DNA of 64,000 nt from Octopus sinensis (lineage: Eukaryota), in assembly GCF_006345805.1 (NCBI RefSeq), contig NC_043009.1, positions 18,228,001 through 18,292,000 of the forward strand, in the 5' to 3' direction. Both the position numbers and the translations under genes were made by a program. The notes below the pieces were generated by a model. It saw nothing but the letters and a program-made list of their open reading frames with translations. It was not told the origin of the DNA and ran no database searches. Numbering within the stretch: the first letter of the stretch is position 1; each line of letters begins with the position of its first letter. Below are positions 10,577-24,037 of this stretch, piece by piece.

Positions 10577-11079
10577 GTTGTTGTTGTTGTTATTATAAGT
10601 GGTCCTAAGTGGTCAATCAATCTGCTAGAACCGGCAGCTAATTCTCTTTAATTCTCTCACACCCAACGATCTTATACAAGGACGCACTATAATAAAGTGG
10701 GATCAATCATCGTTCAAAAGTCTTTGATCATAAATCTGCTCGATCAGTGTTGATTTGGAGTTAACCAATAACTACCTAAGAACGCAAAGAGCCGGGACAA
10801 AAACGCGATTCTAGCAATTTACTATCTCAATTTTTTTCGATATAGAATGTCATGGGGCTTTTTTTAAAGATGCCAGTGTGATATTTGAAAACAATTTAGT
10901 CGTTACTTGTAGCAGATCAAATAACCGGGTAGAGGGTACTGCGCTGGGTTGATTTTTGACAGAATTACTTCTGTAAATGTACTTCAGGATTATATCCTTT
11001 TTTACCCAACACTGACATTGTCGCATCATACGTGTGCAGGGGTATTTTTCATAGATACTTAATAATTGTGATGGTATAT

Positions 11080-12215
11080 AATTGGATAGATTGGAAATTG
11101 ACAGATTACTTGGAGAGAGTGAGAACCAAAAAGAGGAAAGCAGTATTCGCGTGACTCCAAGCCACCAAATGCTTTTGCTGCCCTTTGAATTCGCAGATGT
11201 ATTTCTGTATCAAGATTTCCATCATTTTGTAAAGAATTTCCACGGTAGATGAATGAATCGAGAACCTCAAGTAACTTATCCTTAGCAAAATTTTTATGGG
11301 GGTTACAAACAGCACCGCACGCAGGTTAATGCATTACAACTGTTTTTTTCCAAGTTGATGCTCAAGCCAAAATCATCACAAGCTGAGTCAAATGCAGATA
11401 CAAGAGATTGCAGACCTGATTCAGAATGACTGACAGAAGTTCCCGAATGAGTGAAGTAAAAACCTTCGTTTTGAATTTCAGTCTGGTCAGATTAAAAACA
11501 TTCCTCAGAGTTTTGAAAAGCATGTAACAACACAACAGCAAAGTATATTGCAAAGAGGATGGGTGCATCAAGATCTCCTTGCTTTACTCCATTTTTCCAC
11601 GGCGAAAGATTCAGAGAGCCTACCACCAAAGTTAACTCTAGCTTTCATATCTTGATGCAAAGCCCTGATCATGTTTACAAATTTTTCTGAGCAACCTATT
11701 TTCCTTAGAATTAGTCACAGAGTATTTCGATTAACAGTATCGAATGCTTTGCTCAAATCAGCAAAGCAATGGTACAGAGCAAGATTCTGTTCAATGCACT
11801 TTTCTTGTAATTGTCTGATAGTAAAGATACAATTAGCTGTGCCCCTGGAGGAACGAAAACCACACTGAGACTCAGGCATTATATTTGGAACTATGAAGGT
11901 ATTTAAATGTTCTTACAAAATGTGGGTAAATACCTTTCAAACCACAGACAAAAGCAAAATCCCACGAAAATTACCGCACAGATCCTTTGGCCCGATTTAT
12001 ACAAGGAGACTAAAATGGCATCAATCCAGTCTTGAGGCACTTTCTCAGTTCTCCAACAGTGACAAATTAATATATTTCAAACAAAGAGTTCAAACATTTT
12101 GTCACTCCCATATTTCAAGACTTCTGCACAGATTCCATCAGACCCTGGAGACTTATTGTTATTCAGCTGATTCACAGCTAAATAAATGTCGTTTAGAGTT
12201 GGTCCAAATGCCATC
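11080..12215 (-). pseudogene. RTE-clade LINE reverse transcriptase relic
   Basis: Manual minus-strand translation gives NNKSPGSDGICAEVLKYG...VPQDWIDAILVSLYK...GNFRGILLLSVV...PESQCGFRSSRGTANCIFTIRQLQEKCIEQN..LYHCFADLSKAFDTVNR...FAVENGVKQG...FGLSINLEKTVVM, with stops. Confidence 0.92.
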
Positions 12216-13436
12216 TCTTCTATAACTGGAAGGTGTTCGATCTTTTATAAATATAGACATACATACATATACATATGTGAGTGTGTGTGTGTGATTTGTG
12301 TGTATATATGTGCATGTACATGTGTACACGTTGATATCAGCTTAGATAAATATATCTATAACACTCAATTGCTTAATAGACAGAGACGTGAAATAACAAA
12401 ACGTGATAGTATTGGAGAGAAATGCGACAATCTGCTGCTGGAAGGACAGTGTGTGTGTGTGTGTATTTGAATGTGTGCAACACAAACTAATTTTTGAAAT
12501 AGGACAAAACTAAAATAAGACTCCATGTGTTGAGAATCTTTCCCTACCCCATTCTTCAGTTTGATCTAAAATATCCTCAATGTTTCTCTCCATGTGTTTA
12601 TGTGTGTCTCGTCGGTTGACGATTTATCTTTATCATTCTCGCAATCTTTTCTGCATATTTAGGCAGTTAAACAAGGTTTTTATCGTGACCCTATTGCCAG
12701 GAAGCGAATTTCCAGGCGTATTGGTAGAAATGTGACACAAATCGATCCGAAAGCCCATTCTTCGATGAAATAATAGTGTGAATAATAAACTTGTTTTAAA
12801 TTCACAAATATGAAATGATATTGGATCTTATAATAATTAATAAAATACAGAAGAGAACAATACAGAAGCTTGTGCTTGTACATTAATAGAGATTTATCTG
12901 TTTGCGCTGTTACTTTTGAACATGACACCTCAGGCGGAATGTCACGAACATACATATCCATTACGTTTAGTTTCAATTATCTTATTAAATAAATAACAAA
13001 CAAAATCTCTTCATATCTTAAAAAGATAAATCATATTGCCTTTGATTAGGTGATGGTGGTTGGTATCCACGTACATAGCAATCTGGATGTGTGTGTGTGG
13101 GGGGGTGTATGTTTTTGAGGAGGTCGGCGTTGATGACAGTGACACGGCCAGAGGAGTGTAAAAGAGAAAATCACAATCGGAGAACTTTTAAGACCAATCA
13201 CGACTCATGAATGAAACGGCTGATATTTATTGGGCTATTAAAAGACAGAGAAAATCTAGTCACAGACTTGTTTTGTATTATCTCGTTTTCGGTGACGTCT
13301 CTACCACACGTGTCAGATAAGACAGAGATAGAAGTACGTACGTACATATGTGCGTATACACACACAGACACACACGCACACACACACACACACATACACG
13401 CACATACACACACACGCAAACACACACAGACACACA

Positions 13437-13471
<35 letters not shown>

Positions 13472-14492
13472 CACACACACACACATACGGGTGAATATTT
13501 TCACGTTTGTGAATATGTGAAAGTGTAGTATAAATGTTTAGCTTTTTTCGTTCTCCCCCTAACATACACAAATATATTCTTACGCCTACGCACACACAAA
13601 CACGCATCCATATTAATATATGCACAGTGCACGGTAAATCAATTTTCATCATTTATGCTTTTTGCCCATTAAAAAATAATCACAAAATATTAATTATTAT
13701 ACTTAATATGCATCTTAATTAGCAGAATTAATTAAAACTCAGTCTAGCTAAGTGTTTGCTGGTGAGTGTGTGTGTTTTCCAAATGTCGGTGCAACGAATT
13801 ATTTGCTGAGATTTTTCTGGGTATGGTTTAGCCATTAATTTTTTACGGCTAACAATTCCAGTGCTGTTATCGTAAACTCAACATTTCAGTCGATATTTTT
13901 CTATTTGCAATTCTTTTCCATCAACATTAATGAACACCGATGTAATAAAAAGGGATCTGGCAGTAGGACATATTTGCTATGGTAGTTTGCTAAAGTTAAA
14001 GTAACACATCCCTGACGAAAATTGTTACAGATAAAACTAAAACATCAATTTTTGAATGAGTCAAATTCAAAGCAACTTCGCAACCAAATTATAGACTAAT
14101 ATCTAGTTCTTATGCAATTTCATATTAATCGGTGGATTCGTTTAATTTTAGTTACTTTTGGTTTGGTCTAGAGGAAGAAGCTGTGCCCTTAGCTATCTCA
14201 AACTCTCGGAGGCCCTGAGACTGATGTGATTCATGCATAAATATGTGGAATATTTGCTAGTATAATAATTGCAATAATCTGCAAGGGAAAAGGAAACACG
14301 TGAGCAGGACGTCGAATGGACGTCGAACGTTGTGAGAAGAAAGTGTTTGATGTGGTGGTGAGTTTTGGAAGATGGTAACAATACAAGTAACGAGAGGAGG
14401 AGGAGGATAGACGAGTGAATCGAGAGTTGTTGGGAGGGACGGGGGGTGACACAAGACTTACTCTGACCAGCAGTAGCAGCAGGTGCCACCTA

Positions 14493-14609
14493 AAGTTGCT
14501 TATTAGGGCTCGGATTACTGTTTGTTTTCAAAATAGTATTGAGGTCAAGGTTAAGTTCAGGATAGGATTAAAGCTAGGGTTAAATTATTTTTCACTAAAC
14601 TGTGATCCT
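14493..14609. repeat. Decayed TTAGGG-like repeat unit, copy 1
   Basis: Shares ends AAGTTGCTTATTAGGG and AGGGTTAAAT.ATTTTTCACTAAA.T.TGATCCT with 15125-15276. Confidence 0.6.
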
Positions 14610-15124
14610 ATAGTGTGTGTAAGTGTGCGTGTGTGTGTGTGTGGGCGGTTATAGTGGCGGAGAGAGGAGGCAATACGTTTGTGGACGAGACAGAACCTGG
14701 TGTGTGTTGCTACGAACAGCTTCGTGTTAGTCGGTTGGACAGTGTGTGCACCCGAGCATGATATATGATGTCTTAACTAAGTTTCGGGGAGAGTTAATAA
14801 ATGTTGAGGACTGAAGGATTTTCTGGTCATGCTGAAGACGTGTGATCGCCTGGAGAGATATGTAACGACCCTAAGGTTTCTAAATGTCCATGTTTATGGC
14901 AACTGGTGCCCAGTGTACCCATCTTTACATCTCTCCTTATCCCTGTTGTCTTCCACTTTCCTAAATATTTCACTCAATCCTATATCCATGCAACTGCAAT
15001 CTCTCCGTTAACCCATCTCTAGCTTCGGAGTAGGGGCGAATGCAAATAAAGTCAAGGCGAAAGAAAAATTACAGAAAAATGACATTCTTTTATGTAAATG
15101 AAATAATAGGTTAATTTAATATTG

Positions 15125-15276
15125 AAGTTGCTTATTAGGGTTGCAGTTAAGGTTAGAAATGTAGTAATAATTACAGATAGGATCAGAGTTAAGATGACTT
15201 TTGAGTCAAGTTACGATTAGCATTAAGTATAGGTTCGGGATAGGGTTAAATAATTTTTTCACTAAATTATGATCCT
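15125..15276. repeat. Decayed TTAGGG-like repeat unit, copy 2
   Basis: Same conserved ends as copy 1, with a divergent 6-nt-periodic interior. Confidence 0.6.
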
Positions 15277-15303
15277 CCCATATGCGCGTGTGCATTATAA
15301 ATA

Positions 15304-15381
<78 letters not shown>

Positions 15382-15865
15382 TGTGTGTGTTTGTGTGTCT
15401 ATTGTAACTTTTTTTTCGGCATTTTCAACATCTATCAAAAAGCACTGAACATCGAATGGCTCCTCACTGGTTCAAATTTAAAAAAAAAAAAACTTGCTGT
15501 AACTTCTAATTTCACACTAATATCTTTTTCTCTTTTCTGTTTATTTTTTGTTTTGTTTTCTGTGTTATCATTCATGCTAATAGCTTTCTATAACATATCA
15601 ATCAGCATCATACTACATCATACTACATTTACAATGTATTTACTATAACCAGCTCGACCAACCCTCATAAATACGTACGGATGGGTGGACTGGTGGAAGT
15701 TGCGCGGTCATGGCATAGCTTATTTCACATTGTCAGCGAGATGACACGAACCATCGATCTCCCATCGTTAGGCCAATACTCAACAAATTCCACCCCACTC
15801 CCCTCTTTCTGTACTCCGCTGCAACAACGATCGCATTTTATAAGAAACTATATATCATTATGTTA

Positions 15866-15866
15866 C

Positions 15867-15897
<31 letters not shown>

Positions 15898-16455
15898 CTC
15901 TTTTCTTCTTCTCCTTCTTCTCTTCTCTTCGTCTTCCCTTCTCTTCTTTCTCTCGTCTTCTCCTTCTTCTTCTCCTTCTTCTTCTTCTCCTTCTTCTCCT
16001 TCTTCTTCTTCGTCTTCTTCTTCTTCTTCTTCTTTTCTCCTTCTCCTTCTTCTTCTTCTTTCCTTCTCTCCTCTTCTTCTTCTCTTTCCTTCTTCTTCTT
16101 CTTCTTTCCTTCTCCTTTCTTCTTCTTCTCCTTCTTCTTCTTCTTATTCTTCTTTCGTCTCTTCTTCTCCTCCTTCTTCTCCTCTTCTTCTCCTTCTCTC
16201 CTCTCTTCTCTTCTCCTTCTTTCCTTCTTCTTCTTCTCCTTCTTCTCCTTCTTCTTCTTCTCCTTCTTTCTTCTTCTCTCCTCCTCCTTTCTTCTTCTTC
16301 TTCTTCTCTTCTTCTTCTTCTTCTCCTTCTTCTCCTTCTTCTCTTCTTCTTCTTCTTCTTCTTCTCCTTATTCTTCGTCCTTCTCCTCCCTTCTCCTGCT
16401 CTCCTTCTTCTTTCTTCTTCTTCTGTTTCTTCTTCTTCTCCTCCTCCTCCTCCTG
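15866..16455. repeat. About 590-bp (CTT)n/(CTC)n polypyrimidine triplet array
   Basis: Directly visible. It explains the poly-L/S/F ORFs. Confidence 0.97.
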
Positions 16456-16875
16456 TCTACGTCTGTGTGGTGCAACGTTGTCTGTGTGAGAGGTATGACC
16501 TGATTATATAGTCTCGGGTGTCTGCTAGTGTTATACAGTTTCGACTCTCTCGGTTGGCGTGTCAACCTACATTGGAAAGGGCTGTCTGCATTTCTGAGAC
16601 ACTTTCTTTCTTGGAAGTTTAGCTGACATCCCCCACCCCCCAGCACAAATGCTCACACTCACACGCACTAATAAATATGTACACACAAAAACACATTCAC
16701 AGACATATAAATGTTTGTATATGTCTATCTCTCCCTCAGCCTCTCTCCCTCTCTCTGTGTACGTGTGTGTGTATGAGTATGTTTGTATATGTGTGAATGT
16801 ATTATATGCATACATGCACATATATGTATTCAATATATATATATATATATATACACATACATACACACACACACG

Positions 16876-16906
<31 letters not shown>

Positions 16907-18113
16907 GTATGTATTTATATAAATGTATTTATACGTTTGTATATGCCTAAAATATATGTGCGTGTGTAGTTGCATATAAAAATACACCGGTATACATAAA
17001 AACGCTCAGACATATGTGATTACACACAAATACACACACACACATGTATGTGTGTATGTATATATATGTATGCATGTGTAAAGGTGTGTGTGCGTGCGTG
17101 CATGCGCGCGTCGGTGTGCAAATAAATGTGTATATTAGTTCACAACCAGTTGTGTATGTGTATAAACACACTGACAGGTGCATGTAAGTACTCGTACTGA
17201 AAATAGACATATATACATAGATCTATCTATACGGAATGTCTATATTGCTGTTCCTAATATTGCTGTTTACTATTGTTGTTGTTGTTGTTGTTTTTGCTGT
17301 TACTAAGTTTGTTGTTGTTTTTATAGTTGTTGCTCCTAATTTGCTGCCGCTACACCAGTTGTTGTTTCTACTAAAGCTGTGCAGCGCCTGTTGTTGTTGT
17401 TGTTGTTAAAGTTGCTACACTGGTCTTGTTTATTAATTTATTTTGTACTTTCCTTCCTTCCTTCCTTCCTTCCTTCCTTCCTTCCTTCCTTCCTTCCTTC
17501 CTTCTTTCCTTCCTTCCCTCCATTCTTTCTGCTCTCCCTTTTCTTTCTTTCTGTTTCTTGTTTCCTTCTTCTTCCTTTCTTTCTTTTTCTCTTTCTTTTT
17601 CTTTTCTTCCTCTACTCTGTGTTCACAAGTTCCATACCGCTAACAGCACCACCACCACTACACCATTTCTACACACAACATTCACACCACTGTCACCACC
17701 ACCAAAAATACCCATACACCTCCCAGTACTACACATATCACCACCACTATTAACACTACTACCAGAACTATATCATCAACGACCACGACGACGACCACCA
17801 CCACCACCACAAACAACGCCATCATTGCCCCCACCCCAGCCCACCCCGCATAAATGTGCAACAGTGGTATGTGCTTAGTTTCTTATGAAACTACCAGTAA
17901 AGCCCAACAGTCTGCGGTTTACTAAAGAAGTGTAGTGGTAGCGGTGGTAGTGGTGGTGGAGTTCGTTGTAACGCTTGTGATATCGTGTTGATAGTGGTAT
18001 CGGTTGTGATATGGAGTTGGTAGTGGTAATGGGGACGCTGGGAGTTGTATGGCGTTGGTGGTAGTCGTAGTGATACTGATGGTGATATGTTTCGGTAGTG
18101 CTGGTGGTGTAGT

Positions 18114-18177
<64 letters not shown>

Positions 18178-18199
18178 GGTGGTGGTGGTGGTGGTGGAG

Positions 18200-18255
<56 letters not shown>
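18114..18255. repeat. (TAG)n-(TGG)n-(TAG)n compound triplet repeat
   Basis: Directly visible. Confidence 0.95.
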
Positions 18256-18256
<1 letters not shown>

Positions 18257-18659
18257 ATACTAGAGAGACATGTCTGAAGTAAGTTTTCGCATAAGGCTGA
18301 AGGTTCATTCATTATGGAACGGTTTCTTGTTTTGCAGGATTTCCTTTCCCGAGTTTCTACATGCCATCTACAATAAATAAAGACTGCACTGATGGAAGCT
18401 GCTGCTTTTATTTGCTGGAGACAAAACAGTCCTTTCATTCATCCATTCATTCATTTAGTCCATTTTTCTTTCTTTCTTTCTTTCTTTTTCAACCATCTCT
18501 ACTTTCCAACATTGTTCATTCATTACGAAAACCTAATCATACATACATACTACTTATATGCTCGTATACCAATCAGTATATATAAACTTGATGCTCCTTC
18601 CTTTTTTACTCTCACTCCCTCATATTGACACACACACACACACACACACATACACATAT

Positions 18660-19310
18660 ATTAGATTCGGTCAAAAAAGTATGCGACTTAATTTTTCCCG
18701 CCAAAACAAACTGCGTGGGAAGAATCATTTGGGTGGAAGATTCATGGCCGGTCGGCCGCGTCAATCCCCAACTGTTCCGTACAGAATACAAACGTGTACT
18801 GAGCGCTCGTCCGATGACCGAACGCATCGAGGAGAGACTATAAACCCATGTCTCGTCACCAGTGATGTTGGTCTTCTCGAAGTCTGGATCATGGTTTGTA
18901 CAGCCCGGCATGTACTGAACGATTTCCATGTGCAGTTGCTTCTGCTGCTCCGCTAGCACATTGGAGAATTTCGCCGACACTCTCCGAATGCACTAAACCT
19001 GTGCTTATTCTCACTTCGTGAGCAATTTCCTACATTGTTACAAAACTATTTGTCGAACCTTCTCAATCGGCTCCCCGTTTCTGCTTGTGTATGGCCTGCC
19101 TGAGCGTACCGTGATCTTCATCGAGACACGATCATACTTGAAGCGGTTGTACCACTCCTTGATCTGAGCTTTGTCCATGGCATTTTCGCCAAAGGCCTGC
19201 TGAATCTTCTGGATGGTTTGAGCTTGAATCTCACCGAACTTTTGGCAAAATTTTGGGCCATATCTCACGAGTGCGCAATACACGTCTGTACATTATCGGA
19301 CTTGGTCCCA
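18660..19310 (-). pseudogene. Mariner transposase relic, internally deleted after the first catalytic Asp
   Basis: Minus ORFs read KFCQKFGEIQAQTIQKIQQAFGENAMDKAQIKEWYNRFK...RSGRP and NHDPDFEKTNITGDETWVY, then jump to 3' non-coding sequence. A TIR-like GTCAAAAAAGTATGCGACT lies at about 18670. Confidence 0.88.
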
Positions 19311-19442
19311 GTTGTCACAACGTAATTGCTTTTACTTTTCCACAAGCGAGAATAATTTCAATAAATCTAGAATTTATCTTCAATGGTATTAATAAATGTT
19401 ATTTATATATACACTATATGTGTTTTATATACACATACGTAT

Positions 19443-19660
19443 AGGCGTAGGCGCGGCTGTGTGGTAAGAAGCTTTCTTCCCAACCACACGGTTCCGGGTT
19501 CAGTTTCATTGCGTGGAACTTTGGGCAAGTGTCTTCTACTATAGCTGCGGGCCGACCAAAGCCCGTCGTATACATATGTGTGTGTATGTGTGTGAGTGTG
19601 TGTGTGCGTGTGTGCGTGCAGTCAAATGATTGAAACAAGTAAAAGATAGAATAAAAGAAT
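19443..19660 (+). mobile_element. SINE family B, internally deleted
   Basis: Head GGCGTAGGCGCGGCTGTGTGGTAAGAAGC...GGTTCAG, then microsatellite, then tail GCAGTCAAATGATTGAAACAAGTAAAAGA. Confidence 0.85.
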
Positions 19661-19773
19661 ACATACACACACCCACATACAAACACACATATACACGCAT
19701 ACACAAATACATATACGTATATATGTGTGTGCATATAGGCTAGTAAGTATTATGATTGGAACTATGTTACTGA

Positions 19774-19816
<43 letters not shown>

Positions 19817-19947
19817 GGGTCTCATTATTAGAACGCATCTCTCCTGGCAAACGCACATGCTGAATATAGCCAGGACTGCATCTAAACAGACTGTAGCAGT
19901 TTAATTTGATGTAACGCAATGTTTAATGCACCCTGGTTTCCTAACCT

Positions 19948-19985
19948 TGTACTGATGAGGCCCAACTAGGTTGAAATATCAGCTA
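19948..19985 (+). ncRNA. Degenerate hammerhead-like motif
   Basis: CTGATGA-GGCC-CAACTA-GGTT-GAAA-TATC. Stem II has G.U pairs and stem I is not supported. Confidence 0.35.
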
Positions 19986-20493
19986 TTTATGAATGCTGTA
20001 TGCTCTATGATTAAAAGAAACATTAAAAGAAAGGAAACTTAATCTAATAAATGCATAATGATTTTTCGTTTTCACTAACGAGGAAAAAATTAATAATACT
20101 AGGGATTCTGGCAAGGCAAACCTCTCCTTCACCAAACAAGCGAACAACCAATGAAAACAGAGATATGAATAAATATTTATAGATGCATATCTGAAGATAT
20201 GTGTGTGTGTGTATGTGTGTGTGTGTACACGCGCGTATCAATATACATACTTACATGTATGTGTATATATTTATTTATATATATATAAAGCGAGAGAGAG
20301 AGAGCGAGAGAGAGAGATAAATAGATAGATATAAACAACTTCCCATAGACACGTGTATGTATGCAAGTATGTTTACGCGCGCGCGCGCATACACACACAC
20401 ACAAACTCACATACATACATATGTATATGTATATATATATATATCTATGTATTTATATGTATGTATATATATGTGTGTGTATGTGTGTATGTA

Positions 20494-20563
<70 letters not shown>

Positions 20564-20770
20564 CACACATACACTTTTACACTTTTACTTGTTTCGGTCA
20601 TTTTGACTGTGGCCATGCTGGAGCAATGCATACATACACACACATATACATATATATATATGAAAAGTTATTTATTACTAGCAAGGACACAGAAATTAGT
20701 TTTGCAAGTATATTTAAATTTACCGTTTATCACTCAAGTTGCCAATGTCTGTACGCGACACCCAAAGCAA

Positions 20771-20990
20771 GTGGCGAAAGCATACGCCGGGCGAAATGCT
20801 TAGCGGTATTCCGTCTGCGTTACGTTGTGAGTTCAAATTCCGCCGAGGTCGACTTTGCCTTTCATCCTTTCGGGGTCGATAAATTAAGTACCAGTTACGC
20901 ATTGGGGTCGATGTAATCGACTTAATACCTATGTCTGTCCTTGTTTGTCCCCTCTGTGTTTAGCCCCTTGTGGGTAATAAAGAAATAGGT
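20771..20990 (+). mobile_element. SINE family A
   Basis: ACGCCGGGCGAAATGCTTAGCGG...GAGTTCAAATTCCGCCGAGGTCGACTTTGCCTTTCATCC...GGGGTCGATGTAATCGAC. Confidence 0.9.
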
Positions 20991-21017
20991 ACATGCTACC
21001 GAGTTAAAGCTTTGATG

Positions 21018-21060
<43 letters not shown>

Positions 21061-21099
21061 GTGTACCTACATACATGCACACATATATCTACTACATAT

Positions 21100-21656
21100 G
21101 TGGGAAATTCTGTCTATGGGTATGTTTGTTTGCAGAGTTGTTAGCTAGGATTTATCGATAAAAATCGATCTTGATGAAACTTGACACGTGACTAGAAGTC
21201 ATATCTAGAAGCCTCATGGCATACTCAGATTGTGGAAAAAACTCGATAAATACAAATCAGCGGCCAATTGAACAAATCAATAGGAGCTTTGAATAGGAAT
21301 TTCCATAAGGAAGATCTTTTTTTACTATAACTTTTGCATGTCTCAACCGATTCGCTTCAAATTAGAGATAAAGGTGGAAAATGCTACAAGGATGACTATT
21401 AAGTAAAAATATTTTACTTAGGCTGCAAGGGGAGGACAAAAAACAGCACAAAAACGATTTTTCAATTTGATCACAGCTTTTTATTCGCTCAATAACTTTT
21501 GCATTTAACACCCGATTCACTTCAAATTTCATTTGCAGATAGATTAAGTGCTAATGAGTGTATGAAGCGAAAAATTTTTTCCACAACCGTTTCGTCGCCT
21601 TAGTTCTCCTTCAACCATTTCGTCGCCTCTGTTCTCCTTCAATCATTTCGTCGCCA

Positions 21657-21718
<62 letters not shown>

Positions 21719-21952
21719 TACTTCCACCATCGCTTGGCAACCGATGTTGCTGTATTTACGTCCCCGTAACGTAGCTGTTTGGAAAAACATACCAATAGAA
21801 TATGTACTTGGCTTACAAAGAATAAATCCTGGGGTCGATTTTTCGACTAAAATCGGTGCTCCAGTATGGCCGCAATCACATGACCCAAACAATTAAAACA
21901 ATAAAAACCTATGCCATTTTAACCCCGAGCAGCGTCGGATATTTCTGCTAGT
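21100..21952 (+). mobile_element. Helitron/Helentron-like non-autonomous element with nested SINE B fragment (about 21700-21900)
   Basis: A 3' hairpin CCGA-GCAGCG-TCGG (21925-21938) is followed by CTAG|T (21948-21952). Internal recurring AACTTTTGCAT..CCGATTC.CTTCAAATT units are present. The 5' boundary is approximate. Confidence 0.5.
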
Positions 21953-22814
21953 ACATACATGTATGTATGATGGAGTCTGCTTGTGTGTGTGCAATGTTCT
22001 TACTAAACCCAGATATATATTATTTTAAACAAATGCTGTAAATATCAATAGAAACATCAACAGAAACCGTGTATATTGACGATACAAACTTCATACTTAT
22101 AGAAGTAAGACTTCTAAAAAAATGTCTGGAGAGACAATATTGGCGACAGCCATGGCATAATTGTACCGACAATCAACGATGAAACGAGAAATATCAAAGA
22201 AAATCTGTGTTGCATACAATAAAGTAAGTTTCTTTCATCCATCGAAACTGGATATATGTCTTGAAATCTTTCTTAGCTGACGACGACCGTGTGATGTTGA
22301 GCTAAACTGAGTTGATATAATGCTTTTTTCTTCTATCTTTCTCGTTAATCTAAATTATTTGACAACTAGCACTGCAACTGTCTTTAATTCATTTCCATAT
22401 AGACATCGGCCTAGAGAGGCTGCTGTCTATATATGGAAGTGAGTTATCCTCACAACTCTACCTCGCTCTACAAACACACTGTTTTCTGATCCACTTCTTT
22501 GGAGAACTAATTACTGGGACATTACGCAACGATCTCGAGTAACAATGATAGATACCCAGAAGGTTTCCTGGAGACATATGATTGCTAGAAATGCACCACA
22601 AGCAGATCTGAATAATCAAACTTCGTTTCAAATAATCCATATTAATTAAAATATGGAAAACTCTGCTAGCTGAAGTGTCAGTGCGTATAGCGTTGTCACA
22701 TGGAGAAAGTTAGAGCTGTTACGGATGGTTTAGAGCATGAGAAAGTGTGGAAGATATATGTAGAATTTGTTACGGAGGTATTGAGAGAGAGAGTGTGAGA
22801 GAGAGAGGAAGAAG

Positions 22815-22845
<31 letters not shown>

Positions 22846-23794
22846 GGGGGGTGATGAAATATGTGTGCATGGGTATGTGAGTTTCTGTAAATGTTACGAG
22901 TGAGCTTTCTAAGTATAATATTAATGCATCGTTGTGTTAGTGTGTGTGAGCGTGTTTGGGTGTCTGTGTCATGTGTCATGTGTGTGAGTGTGTGTGCATA
23001 TGTGAATGAAGTGGTAAGGTGATGTGGGAAGAGGGTGAAGCTAGTGAACGGGTGGGTGTGTAGGATGTGTAGGTAGGTATAGAGAGTGACATTTAAAGGA
23101 ACTTCAAAAACAGGGCAGGTGAAGTTACTTAAAGGAATAGTTATATGGTGTGATATTTTGAGCATAGTTTATCACTTCTGGGATCTACCTGGGTATATAC
23201 AGCTGAAGTAGTCCTTACCTTTAAAGGAATGGTTACTGAGTATGATATTAGATACAATAGAGATATATTTTATGGAAGTGTGGATTATGTCACACATGTA
23301 CTCTGCATAACACATGAGTACATGTGTGACACAATAAATCGGAGTTGAGGGAGAGTACAATGACATAACCAAGTCTTTCCTCGTGGTTTTCTAACATCCT
23401 ATTTAACTCACAACGATTCGTTGATGTAGAAAGTAATGGTGCCACGCGACCGGTTCACTTCAATAGTTCAAACTTGGTTTAAATTCACAATAACAGTAAA
23501 ACCCTGCCACCATGGGATAAAAGAATTTGGATTTTGCCAAAGCGTCCATTACAAGCTCAAGCGATGGTCCTATCAATAATTATAAAAGTGCTCGGGAGCC
23601 TGTGTTGCAGTTATCAATTTACCTTATGTCAGCCTAGTTTAACAGGTTATGATCAAAAGTGTATCAGTTACAACTAAACTTGCCCATCTTATTTTTCAGA
23701 GAGGGCATTTATTTGCTTTCATTACAGGAGAGCAGGTTGTGATTTGAGGCATGTCTAGCGGCTGGTTTGCGATGTCTTCAGTCTTTTTTTTTTT

Positions 23795-23950
23795 TTAACC
23801 AGGAGTGGAGTAAGAAGTTTGCTTCCCAGTCACATGGTTTTAGGTTCAGTTCCACTGCGTGACACCTCGGGCAATTGTTTTCTACTTTAGCCTCAGCCCG
23901 ACTAAAGTCTTGTAAGCAGATTTAGCTTTCGGAAACAGAAAGAAACCATA
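23795..23950 (+). mobile_element. SINE family B, 5' half
   Basis: CAGGAGTGGAGTAAGAAGTTTGCTTCCCAGTCACATGGTTTTAGGTTCAGTTCCACTGCGTGACACC. Confidence 0.8.
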
Positions 23951-24002
23951 TATATATTATATATATATATATATAGATATATATATATAATATATATATA
24001 TA

Positions 24003-24037
<35 letters not shown>

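Noticed and set aside
14160-14470. Minus-strand donor at about 14462 and acceptor at about 14279 suggesting a 5' gene end
   Set aside because: The downstream frame is short with a weak donor and no homology. It is kept only as context for the GC-richer segment.
15681-16511. Longest ORFs in the track (276 aa and 209 aa)
   Set aside because: They are translations of the CTT/CTC array, which has no stop codons by composition, and they contain no domain content.
21586-21655. CRISPR-like direct repeats
   Set aside because: These are tandem 28-nt units without unique spacers, in a eukaryotic repeat context with no cas genes.
22458-22640. IICLQET in a minus frame, resembling an APE endonuclease motif
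   Set aside because: It is a single short motif without the other APE motifs nearby.
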